This document shows positions 40,501 to 47,795 of a stretch of 64,000 bases of DNA, piece by piece. The notes under the pieces were generated by a model. That model was not told the DNA's origin. It saw only the letters and a list, made by a program, of their open reading frames with translations, and did no database searches. Position 1 is the first letter of the stretch; each line of letters begins with the position of its first letter. Made by a program: the position numbers and the translations under genes. The DNA is from a virus (lineage: Duplodnaviria; Caudoviricetes), in the IMG/VR virus record IMGVR_UViG_3300031088_000782, positions 192,001 to 256,000 of that record. One strand, 5' to 3'.

Positions 40501-40939
40501 ATTCGTTAAGAATATAAAATTTTCCAAGAAACCATTTAGCGTTACTGCTAAAGAAGGATTAACAACAGAGCAGGCAAGAAAAAACATTTTAAAATCAATG
40601 AAAAAAGCTCCACAAAATGGATCATCATATATTTATTTAAGAACAGATCCTTTAACACAGAAAATTTATGTAGGAAAAAGTAAAAGTGAAACTTCTTACA
40701 AGCTGAGGAAGGATGCACACAATAAAAAGCTGCAAAAACAAGTAGGAGATCCTTTGCTAGAATATGACTTCATTCCAATAGCTAGACCTAATGGACATAA
40801 AGAGACTAAGAGAACTGAAGAATACTTCATTAGGGCTGGTGGCGGGCCAAGCAATAAAAATAATCCATATGGAGTTTTAGAAAACAAAATTTATGCGTCA
40901 ATTGATAAAATATATCAAGCACTAGGAGGAGATTTCTAA
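34568..40939 (+). CDS. Secreted RHS/YD-repeat polymorphic toxin with a C-terminal GIY-YIG (URI-fold) nuclease-like tip
   Basis: Sec signal ending PAFA|EE; repeated beta-rich domains; GDPVN...GE (DUF6531-like); YD repeats; core end FGYAGEY...PVSFTDPLGL; tip YIYLRTD...IYVGKS...R...H...EEYFI...LENK. Confidence 0.9.
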   Translation: MKNKFFNKVVGIVLSSSVILTGIISSPPAFAEESSSNQAQSSNNNSQQSDPIVYPKITSFSIIKEKSDTVSFSVKISEDLQTNNNTLYLYKKGDSNIVQEVSSSSNKTIELTIDRPKTNIVEYYVSVGDQRSKDLAVYPLENNDKWGLQATIDKTSFSTSDTVLPKISWTTKTYSNGKSIYLVDQDNNVIKKNGSGFGTSGEIYINTFFNDSKTFKLYIADYTSSSGIKLSQLNGVVASSNEMTVYTQPWNITGSVDLEEYSTNNPKLTFTSTLNQKVGGNIGNFLVEENSGNVVKQVSSSSSLTQKTEIAPKYLNEKNNYKFYVAKYSGTITNKNQFEEIKAESNIMKTKAQEWEIQLSSNSYVFYTEDKTPQLTVKANQPFGVGNSGKTLYLVDMNTNKIHYITPGGKTDSQNLNIRRFYTGSGKYKVIMSDFVFMGGNGFDINIEDLEQDIIAESNIITIERGPWEIYTNKIVTYDDNNKDGYKNVRVGWTQNQLQYDSNWSTDYGVEGRYHFYLYDKKDNKVVGWESLSAMGGSIYPRFTEGGIHKYGVVLAEPNSDYHNRTIYYDELKDIQAESDTITVKPSKWNVSISSIEEKNYNSSHNQTAITYVSNKTISSTGDYSVYFVNGVTGDVLSSTTSSARTAYVLVPKNYNGTYVIYVADRNGAKNVSQMTNIRAVSNSSYANELNGDSGINYERNTRFTGGGNPSSSDCDQNCYGDPVNSYNGELFENNEDLTIDGTSPLIFSRNYSTIKKDKLGAFGYGWDFNYNMRIEGESSNLSDSPYLSIIQENGSTVVFAKNDNEELGDEEYLVAPSMKVKLRHNEDDNTFEFERKDGTIFVFEENTGLLKSQKDRNNNRIEIERNSSHKITKIKNSDNSLINVEWNSDDLISSITDGIHTVDYSYNSNKELISVDNSIINNNKEYTYYSDHKIQKIIHPNEGVYETFYDSNNRVVKQIDPKNKETKFEYSGTSRIITLPDGTINKDIYSEKGLLTSRSLAFGTSDVTTYSYGYDSSNNLTYIKYPNGKTISYSYDSNGNLMFSKNSNGGVFRFSYNSNNLLTKTINPFGKISTNKYDSNGNIIESTDYNGKTTKFDNDSKGRLAKTQLPNDLETTKFTTYNYNSNGLVNKTIDTLGRESEVSYNNAKNMSKIIDPMDNEIKFEYFNNNAEMVKKITYENGSSDKNYYDDSNRLIKTIGTDGNAVEYTYDLMDNVTSVKNVYGTTFYEYDSNNRVISTTDPKNEKVEYEYNKLGLLTKTKYSNGSQFVNTYDKQGLLTDSTDAKGNKITYSYDASGNLLSIKDALGNTETYTYDILNQTLSHKTPKGSYTYYTYDDNGRVVSTKDSLNRITENKYDDNGNLIKEIYPNKTFSKYEYNSENILKKSIDRVGKYKEYTYDDNDRIIELNKNGKKLINYTYDKLDNVKKIKYDNEFSIDYEYDLAGKILSSQSSNDTRTNYSYDSIGNLTSRGPPNKETNYTYNNYGEITSIDYPSGKSINYEYNNFSQLSKVKSGSRTLAEYNYDSNFNNNSTTFGNGNVETYSFDYLNRVNNINVKNSDNASLYERQLEFDKDSYITNAKSLFKGSKTVDKTYTYKLSGTIDSVKNNLTSKTDNYTYDDFNNLTNLGSSSFNYENNYNLKSSSINSTNKNYEYDDLGNRVSSKVGNKENSYSWNIDGTLKNVNIDADTNDDNNPEKEIDYTYDNSGLLSSKKLNNELVDEYVWDSISSDVPVLLEDSSYDYIYGLDSTPFAQIDKDSGEIYYLTGDERNSVVLATDNSGNSVLTREYDEYGNLTQESTESVLNDDSGSSGESQTTEQENQNGSDNETADFNTNFGYAGEYLDKDTGLHNLRSRWFEPSTGSFLSVDPAFDLTNDAYGYASGNPVSFTDPLGLWSTGGALLTSAAAIVDGSIGLPVASGLMNSMSPGSVDNCSSLYKGLSIASGVGSMFIPGGGIIKGVGLGVAVSVKYGPKIAKGISKFVKNIKFSKKPFSVTAKEGLTTEQARKNILKSMKKAPQNGSSYIYLRTDPLTQKIYVGKSKSETSYKLRKDAHNKKLQKQVGDPLLEYDFIPIARPNGHKETKRTEEYFIRAGGGPSNKNNPYGVLENKIYASIDKIYQALGGDF

Positions 40940-41592
40940 TGAAGACAAGAAGAATAAGAATGAATACTGGAGATGTATTTTTAGCACCATTTAATCAAAA
41001 AGATGCTATTTATAGTCAAGAATGGAACTGGCAATGGGAACCGCAAGAAGGAGAAGAGTGCTTCCTAATGCAGAATATTGGAATGCAAGATTACTCTTAT
41101 AGTGGAATACTCACTGCCTTGTTTAATAAGGTTTATTATTATGGTATTGATACTGATAATATTGATGTTTCTAAATTAGAAGTTATTGCTATTGTTGATG
41201 TAATTGCTCCTTCTTTTACCGCTGGCGAATTTAAAAAAATAGACAATCAATTAATACCAGAAAATATGCCTTACATGGCATACCATAGAGTGCATAAATA
41301 TATAACTCCACTACCAGATTGCGACATCATTATTCCAACTAATTACATTAAATCGAGGCATTTACCATATTCAGGATTGTCAGTAACAGGTGGTTACATG
41401 TATTGGATCGCAAATTATTTCATCAAAAAAAACAGGAACAAGTATTTACGCGAGGATATTATTGATTCAGTTAGAATTCGCCCTAAAGCTGCTATCCATA
41501 TTTTTTTTCCTGAAGCAAAGAACAATCCTAACTGGGTTATTTCTCAATACAATAATCCAAAACTACAAGATAGATCAAAACATAATATTTAA
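40939..41592 (+). CDS. Putative immunity protein of the RHS toxin
   Basis: TAATG stop/start overlap with the toxin; N-terminal GDVFLAP is reminiscent of Imm26-type proteins. Confidence 0.7.
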   Translation: MKTRRIRMNTGDVFLAPFNQKDAIYSQEWNWQWEPQEGEECFLMQNIGMQDYSYSGILTALFNKVYYYGIDTDNIDVSKLEVIAIVDVIAPSFTAGEFKKIDNQLIPENMPYMAYHRVHKYITPLPDCDIIIPTNYIKSRHLPYSGLSVTGGYMYWIANYFIKKNRNKYLREDIIDSVRIRPKAAIHIFFPEAKNNPNWVISQYNNPKLQDRSKHNI

Positions 41593-41763
41593 AAAACAAA
41601 TTTTTTAAATATTAGAAATTCTTTAGATAGCAATAATCAGTTCTTGTTATAATGCTTTTGTTGAAGATATTGTCTAATTGTTTGAAAATATTTGATGAAT
41701 CTTCATATACAGTTCAAAAATTCGTTAGATAATATATTGTAAAATTTTCAGGGGGAGTTGGGC

Positions 41764-42336
41764 ATGAAATATCACATTAATGATGACTATGAAGTAAAAC
41801 CTTGTAGTGCTACTGTGGATGGTCGCTGCCCTTTTTGGGGAAAACACAATGGAGATAACCATTATAACAGTGAAAATGATGCCATAGAAGCTATCGAAAC
41901 AATTCTCTCCAAAAAACACACATTTTCGTTCAAAAAGAAACATATGCAGGATGCTCAATTCATCAAACAACGAGAAGAAACACGAAAAAACCTCATTAAT
42001 TATGCGAATGTTGATGAATCTGATTTAACTCCTGTTTCAAATGTTGATGAAATGGTTAAACAATGGTTCAGTGGAGATAGAAACAAATATGATTCTTTCC
42101 AAGAAACTGCAACAAATGAAAATCTCAAAGACAACACAAAACAAGCTGTGTCCGGTTTTCTTCAAAAAGGAATGTCTGTAAATAACACTAAAAGCGTAAA
42201 AGACATTCCTTTCGAAAATACTTCAGAAAGTTTAGATGACTTTGATTCCAGCGAGATCACCTTAATTGATGACGTTCCAGATAAACTTTCATGGGATGAT
42301 CTGCGAAGCGGAGCACTCAAAGCATTTAAGCACTGA
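41764..42336 (+). CDS. HCCH-module protein 3 (short C-terminal domain)
   Basis: MKYHINDDYEVKPCSATVDGRCPF...HYNSENDA; GGGAG RBS before ATG 41764. Confidence 0.8.
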   Translation: MKYHINDDYEVKPCSATVDGRCPFWGKHNGDNHYNSENDAIEAIETILSKKHTFSFKKKHMQDAQFIKQREETRKNLINYANVDESDLTPVSNVDEMVKQWFSGDRNKYDSFQETATNENLKDNTKQAVSGFLQKGMSVNNTKSVKDIPFENTSESLDDFDSSEITLIDDVPDKLSWDDLRSGALKAFKH

Positions 42337-42470
42337 CATTGTTTTTAATAAACGATAATTTTGTTGAACTATTGAACAACTATCAAATTCAACTTTGTCA
42401 AGTTTAAATTGTTAAAATATTCATGAAAGATTATATTTTTGAATATTTATGAATTGTGGGTAATTATAGA

Positions 42471-43859
42471 ATGGCTAAGAATAAAACTGTTTACAAATGT
42501 TTGAGCTGCGGTAAAGAATATGTTCGTGAACCTATTGGCAAGTGCTCTTCATGTGGAGCTTTTCAAAATTTCACAGAAGTTCAGGAATCATCTGTCAATC
42601 AAAGCTCCTCACAGGCTGGATTGAAAACCTCTGGGGCTTTGAAACCAAGCACAAAAGCAAGAACAATCAATGAGTTAAAGAATAACCCTATCAGCAGAAC
42701 AAAGACAGGAATTGAAGAGTTCGACAGGGTTCTTGGTGGAGGTTTTGTTGATGCAGAAGTTGTCTTAGTTGGAGGACAAGCGGGAACAGGAAAATCTACT
42801 ATCGCCTTAGATATAGCTTCGAGATATGCAAAACTTGGAAAAACAGTGCTTTATTCGTCTGGTGAAGAATCAGAACAGCAAATCGGATTAAGAGCTTCGA
42901 GAATGGGTATTGTTAATGAAAACATTAAAATAGTCAACGAAACCAGTCTTGAAGTTCTTTTAGGTCATATTGCTGATGAAAAACCTGAATTACTTATTGT
43001 TGATTCTCTTCAAACTCTTGCTTCCAGTGAAATTTCCAGTTCTATCGGATCCATTCAACAATCCAAAGAAGCAGCGCACACCCTCACTCGTTTGGCTAAA
43101 AATGAGAAAATTACAATGATTTTAGTCAATCAGCTAGTAAAGAGCGGCGAATATGCTGGTTCAGAAAGTATCAAGCATATAGTCGATGCTGCATTAATGT
43201 TTGAAAGCGATTCTGAAACACCGTTAAAGTTCCTCAGAGCCGAGAAAAATCGTTTTGGCGACACGAGTGAGGTTGGCATATTCCAACACTCAGAAACGGG
43301 TTTAGAAGAGGTTACAGACCCGAGTGGTGTGTTTATAGACAATGACAACAACGAATCTCTTTCTGGAACGTCATTAAGCTTCATCAGTGAAGGAGTGAGA
43401 CAGATTCCAGTAGAAATTCAAGCATTGGCAAGTTCATCAAATCTTCCTACCCCAAGGAAGCAATTCAACGGAGTTAATTTCAATCGTGGTCAAATTGTTT
43501 GTGCAATTCTTGATAAATTTTGCCGAACAAGACTATATGAGAATGATGTTTTCGTCAATACAATTTCAGGTATCAAAATCAATGATCCTTTAGCTGACCT
43601 TTCAATCGCTGCTTCTCTGTTGTCCTCCCTAAAAAACAAAACCTTCAAAGACAGAACAGCTTTCATCGGTGAATTGAGTCTTACAGGCCAAGTTAGAGGA
43701 GCTTTTATGATTGAAAACAAAATTAGAGAAGCTGACAGATTAGGTTTCGACAGAATAGTTATTCCGAAAACCGCTATGAAGAATCTCAGTAGCAGAAAAT
43801 ACAAAATCAAGGTTGAAACAATTTCTTCTATTAAAGACATTGAGAAAATGCTTTCCTAA
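42471..43859 (+). CDS. radA: DNA repair protein RadA/Sms
   Basis: C4 zinc finger, Walker A GQAGTGKST, IVDSLQT, KNRFG motif, Lon-like C-terminal domain. Confidence 0.93.
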   Translation: MAKNKTVYKCLSCGKEYVREPIGKCSSCGAFQNFTEVQESSVNQSSSQAGLKTSGALKPSTKARTINELKNNPISRTKTGIEEFDRVLGGGFVDAEVVLVGGQAGTGKSTIALDIASRYAKLGKTVLYSSGEESEQQIGLRASRMGIVNENIKIVNETSLEVLLGHIADEKPELLIVDSLQTLASSEISSSIGSIQQSKEAAHTLTRLAKNEKITMILVNQLVKSGEYAGSESIKHIVDAALMFESDSETPLKFLRAEKNRFGDTSEVGIFQHSETGLEEVTDPSGVFIDNDNNESLSGTSLSFISEGVRQIPVEIQALASSSNLPTPRKQFNGVNFNRGQIVCAILDKFCRTRLYENDVFVNTISGIKINDPLADLSIAASLLSSLKNKTFKDRTAFIGELSLTGQVRGAFMIENKIREADRLGFDRIVIPKTAMKNLSSRKYKIKVETISSIKDIEKMLS

Positions 43860-43953
43860 CAATTAACGAAAACTAAATAAAAACTAACAATTTTTAGCAC
43901 GAGTTTGATATTTTCAATAACTTGCATGAAAATTTTGACAGGAGACCTCAATT

Positions 43954-44625
43954 ATGGCAATTCCAACGAGAAAACCCCCATCTGGCGCGTCTGACAGTGG
44001 AGACAATAATGACAACAATATGATGGGAAAAACTCCTGTACAGCCCAAACAGAGGCGTACAGGCGACAGTCAGCAACCATCTCAAACTCGTCAACCTGCG
44101 AAACGTAAAAAAGCTCCAGCAAAACGAGACCCATATGCTGAGAGAGCCGTTTATGTTGAGGATAATTCTGAAAAAGATTCAACAAATTATGCTGAAATGT
44201 CAAAAAAGCAGTTAGATTCTGAAGATGATTCAAAGAAACAGAAGAAAGCTCCCGATAAGTATGAAGAAATTGACGTAAGTTCTATTAGCGTATCTGTGGA
44301 CACTGATGCTCTGAACAATCCAGACTTTGCCAAAGACCCTATTACCGGAAAAATTTATCAAAAAATTCCGAAAACAAAAATGGATTCTAATGGTATGCCT
44401 ATGATTCAGACAGATATTGATGATTTAGATCTGGAGGGAGCGGCAAATAAATTCCTTGCTCATCTTCGTGTTCCTCCTTCAAAAGAAGAAATTGAAAAGA
44501 TGCGTCAAGAAAGAATCGAAAGAGCAAAGCAAGAAAGAATTAGACAACAGCAAAGGAAGCAGAATAAAAATCGTTCCGATGCTACACAAGAAGAATTAAA
44601 AAGACTTTATGACCAAAATAAGTGA
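43954..44625 (+). CDS. Hypothetical, highly charged and largely disordered protein
   Basis: AGGAG RBS; low-complexity K/E/Q/D composition. Confidence 0.7.
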   Translation: MAIPTRKPPSGASDSGDNNDNNMMGKTPVQPKQRRTGDSQQPSQTRQPAKRKKAPAKRDPYAERAVYVEDNSEKDSTNYAEMSKKQLDSEDDSKKQKKAPDKYEEIDVSSISVSVDTDALNNPDFAKDPITGKIYQKIPKTKMDSNGMPMIQTDIDDLDLEGAANKFLAHLRVPPSKEEIEKMRQERIERAKQERIRQQQRKQNKNRSDATQEELKRLYDQNK

Positions 44626-44694
44626 AACATTTTGATTAGAAAAGGTTATGTAACAGTCTTAATAAAATTTAATGAATTCTAGGAGAAACATCTG

Positions 44695-44910
44695 ATGAGT
44701 GGTGGTACTAAAAAAGCTGGCGGAAAAGCAATGCAATTTTTAGGGTTATTGGTTATTGTTGGCTTTGCTGTAGCCCTATTGAGGGTTTTTGATTGGGATC
44801 CTTTTGGTGTAATTGATTGGATAATCAATTGGGTTATCACAATCATCACTGCAATCTCTGACTGGTTCGGTGGAAATCAATACTTCCAAGCATTTACTGA
44901 CAAACGGTGA
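44695..44910 (+). CDS. Small membrane protein
   Basis: AGGAG RBS; hydrophobic helix followed by an amphipathic Trp-rich helix. Confidence 0.65.
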   Translation: MSGGTKKAGGKAMQFLGLLVIVGFAVALLRVFDWDPFGVIDWIINWVITIITAISDWFGGNQYFQAFTDKR

Positions 44911-45061
44911 CGGAATTTAAAAAATTAAAACCTTTTTTCTGTGAAAAATAATTTAAAAATAAATATTGAAAACTGATATTCGGGGCGTTTCTCTTGATAA
45001 AATAAGAGTAGAAACACCCCGAATATATTTTTGTAAGTAAGTAGATAAAAGGAGAAACAAT

Positions 45062-46045
45062 ATGGCCGAAGAAGGATTTTACACAACTGCTTTCACATCG
45101 CAGGATTTCGTTGAAGGAGATGCGATTGAAAGAGCAGAAGTGTTTGTTGTTGAAGGACAAGGCTTAGTAAATGATGTTGTTGAAAGCAGCTCAGGTAAGT
45201 CTCTGCAGGTTGTTATTGATGCCCATAAAGAATTTAAAGGGAAGCCTATGTATTCTAAAGGTTGGGCACCAGTAGATTCTGCAGTCATCAAAAAAGCACA
45301 AGAGGCACAAGAAAAAGGTATCGCTGTAGATTTCCGTATTGAGACAGTTCGTAATGCCAAAAACACCCGAACTGGCGAAAAGATAGACCGCTCCACGCCT
45401 ATTTCTGAACTTAAAAAAGGAATGGAAAATGCACGCGAAAACGTTATTCATTCTGTTGCTCGAATCAAACTTGCTGATGAAGATTCTTGGACAGACGGAA
45501 TTATGCGAACAAACCCTAAAGAAGACACAAAGAGAACTGGACGAAGCGCACTCGACCTCTCCGATGATGAAATTTCAAGCAACTCAGGAAATTCATCAAA
45601 CTCTTCCGCAAATGTTTCCACCTACACAGGTCTTGAGCCTCAGCCTTGGGCAACTCGAAACAGTGCAGGAGATGTCAATCCCGGATCGCTTGCTGTCAGT
45701 GTTCCTCTTACACTTTACAGTTTCGTAGCAGCATGGAACAAAAACAACGATTCTAATGTAGAGATTTCCGAAAAACAACGAATGGTTTTGACAAAGGCAC
45801 TTCTGTCCGTGTCAAACAAACTTCAAGTTTCAATCTATGAAGGAAAACTTGAATCACCAGATCTGTCTCTTGGAAGCCACACCAGAGCACGAGCCTTAGT
45901 GTTCAATGTTGTTGAAGTATTCTTCCCTATTACAGAGGAAGTCGCTTCAAGCAACGAAAACGTCAAAGAATGGATGAATGAAATCCATGATAAAGCTCTT
46001 GCAATGTGGAAGTGGAGTATTGGAGAGATTGACAAACTTTCCTGA
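45062..46045 (+). CDS. Hypothetical two-domain protein (beta-rich N-domain, Ser-rich linker, helical C-domain)
   Basis: AAAGGAG RBS; 327 aa; no family recognised. Confidence 0.75.
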   Translation: MAEEGFYTTAFTSQDFVEGDAIERAEVFVVEGQGLVNDVVESSSGKSLQVVIDAHKEFKGKPMYSKGWAPVDSAVIKKAQEAQEKGIAVDFRIETVRNAKNTRTGEKIDRSTPISELKKGMENARENVIHSVARIKLADEDSWTDGIMRTNPKEDTKRTGRSALDLSDDEISSNSGNSSNSSANVSTYTGLEPQPWATRNSAGDVNPGSLAVSVPLTLYSFVAAWNKNNDSNVEISEKQRMVLTKALLSVSNKLQVSIYEGKLESPDLSLGSHTRARALVFNVVEVFFPITEEVASSNENVKEWMNEIHDKALAMWKWSIGEIDKLS

Positions 46046-46100
46046 AATTATTTTTCAAAAAAGTAAAATAAACAACAACTGAATATAAATGCTATAAACA

Positions 46101-46146
46101 AAATAACAGCAATCATTTTCTTTCTGAACTTTGATTGCTGTTATTT
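46101..46146 (+). terminator. Hairpin after 45062..46045
   Basis: 15-bp arms aaataacagcaatca / tgattgctgttattt. Confidence 0.65.
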
Positions 46147-46253
46147 TTATTGTTTAGAAACTAATGTTGATATTATTATCGTGACTGATTCACTATGGTT
46201 GTCTCAAAGTGAGATAATCTAATTTTCAACAACTAGAACAAGGACAGGACGAA

Positions 46254-46556
46254 ATGGCATTTATCAGTAATATTAAAGCTTCATTCGCAACTGATGCTGC
46301 TGTCGAAGCAGAGCGCGACCGTGGTGACCTCGTGCAGACCCTCTTACTCGTAGCAGGGTTTGCCGTAGCCACATTACTTGCAGTAAACTGGTTAAGCACA
46401 GCTATGCTCAACAAGGCCGCAGACGCATCACAGTGCATTCAGGGTTCCAACACATATAACACAGCATCGGCATCTGACAATTGCCAAAGCGCAAACCACG
46501 CAGATAAAAAAGATTTTAAAGATGATGCGGGATATAAAGGACGTTTTAATAACTAA
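46254..46556 (+). CDS. flp: Flp/Tad pilin-like protein
   Basis: ERDRG|DLVQTLLLVAGFAVATLLAV cleavage and hydrophobic pattern; lies directly upstream of tadC-tadA-tadB. Confidence 0.7.
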   Translation: MAFISNIKASFATDAAVEAERDRGDLVQTLLLVAGFAVATLLAVNWLSTAMLNKAADASQCIQGSNTYNTASASDNCQSANHADKKDFKDDAGYKGRFNN

Positions 46557-46603
46557 TAGTGAATAATTAATTTTACTGAAAAATAAAACGTTCTAATACA
46601 CAC

Positions 46604-46640
46604 AAAAAGAGAGATTAGCTTCACCGCTATCTCTCTTTTT
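46604..46640 (+). terminator. Intrinsic terminator after the pilin gene
   Basis: aaaagagagattagc-ttcacc-gctatctctcttttt. Confidence 0.7.
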
Positions 46641-46878
46641 GGTCTTTCTTTTTAAATTTTAATAAATTTATTTATCAACATATGTTGTCATTGAAAAACA
46701 TTTATTAATTCAAAGAACAAACATTAACTAAACAATTACATTCAATAAAAATTTTAGAATATTTGAAAAATTATAAAATACAAAATTTAGTTATAATGTT
46801 AAAGAATCTTGTTTTAACAATAATCTTGATATTTCATATTGTTAAACTACCACTTAAAGAGAATGAAGAAGGAAATCT

Positions 46879-47784
46879 ATGACTGCTCCTTTTATAATTG
46901 GCGGACTTGTAGCTATAATGGCAGCTTTGGTGATGTATGCGCTGTTTATGCCAAAAGGAAATAACGGACAAGTATTCAGCTCAGAAGAAATGAAAGATTC
47001 AGGAACATTATTGAAAATCATGTCAAGTATTGGCAATGACTTCTACAATGCGCTTCCTGAAGGAATTGTCAAAACAAACAAGCGAGAAAGAGTAAATCCC
47101 CGCGTTGAATCTCTGATTGTCAGATCAGGAAATCCCTGGAATCTTAATGTCAATGAATTCGTCTTTCTCCAATATTTGGGTGCATTCTTAGGATTCATAG
47201 CCGGATGGATAGTCTGGTTTGGATTGAGCGTATTTACAAGCATCCCCTGGTTTGTTGTTGTGGGATTAGTAACCATCTTCGCATTCTTTATTCCCCGAAT
47301 CAAATACAACGACCAAGCAAAAGCAAGAGATTTAGAGTTCAAGCGTCAATTGCCTGAAGCACTCGACTTGCTTATTATTTCTTTGTCTGGTGGTAGGACA
47401 TTTACACAATCAGTTCGTGAAATAATTCCAAATATGAACGAAAGTGTTTTGAAAGAAGAATTCAAAAATATGGTGAAAGCCATCGACACAGGTAGAACAT
47501 TGAACGAAGCTCTTGATACTTTTGCATCAAAGTCACCTAATGAAAGTATCTTAACCTTTATTCGTTCCGTCCAATCAGCTACTGAAGTAAATGCTCCTCT
47601 TGTTGAAACTTTGGAAGCAAGAGCTGATGCGTCACGACAGGAATTCTTCGCTCTCATTCACGAAAAAACAGCCCAGCTTGAATCAAAAATATTCATGGCA
47701 TTGACTCCAACATTGATGCCAGCTGTTATGATCATTGCAATTGCCCCATCCGCATACTCCATGATGAGCACATTAGGAAGTTGA
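46879..47784 (+). CDS. tadC: Tad pilus platform protein TadC (T2SSF domain)
   Basis: RQLPEALDLL...GG, LEARAD...R, TM helices at both ends. Confidence 0.85.
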   Translation: MTAPFIIGGLVAIMAALVMYALFMPKGNNGQVFSSEEMKDSGTLLKIMSSIGNDFYNALPEGIVKTNKRERVNPRVESLIVRSGNPWNLNVNEFVFLQYLGAFLGFIAGWIVWFGLSVFTSIPWFVVVGLVTIFAFFIPRIKYNDQAKARDLEFKRQLPEALDLLIISLSGGRTFTQSVREIIPNMNESVLKEEFKNMVKAIDTGRTLNEALDTFASKSPNESILTFIRSVQSATEVNAPLVETLEARADASRQEFFALIHEKTAQLESKIFMALTPTLMPAVMIIAIAPSAYSMMSTLGS

Positions 47785-47795
47785 GATAATAAAAA

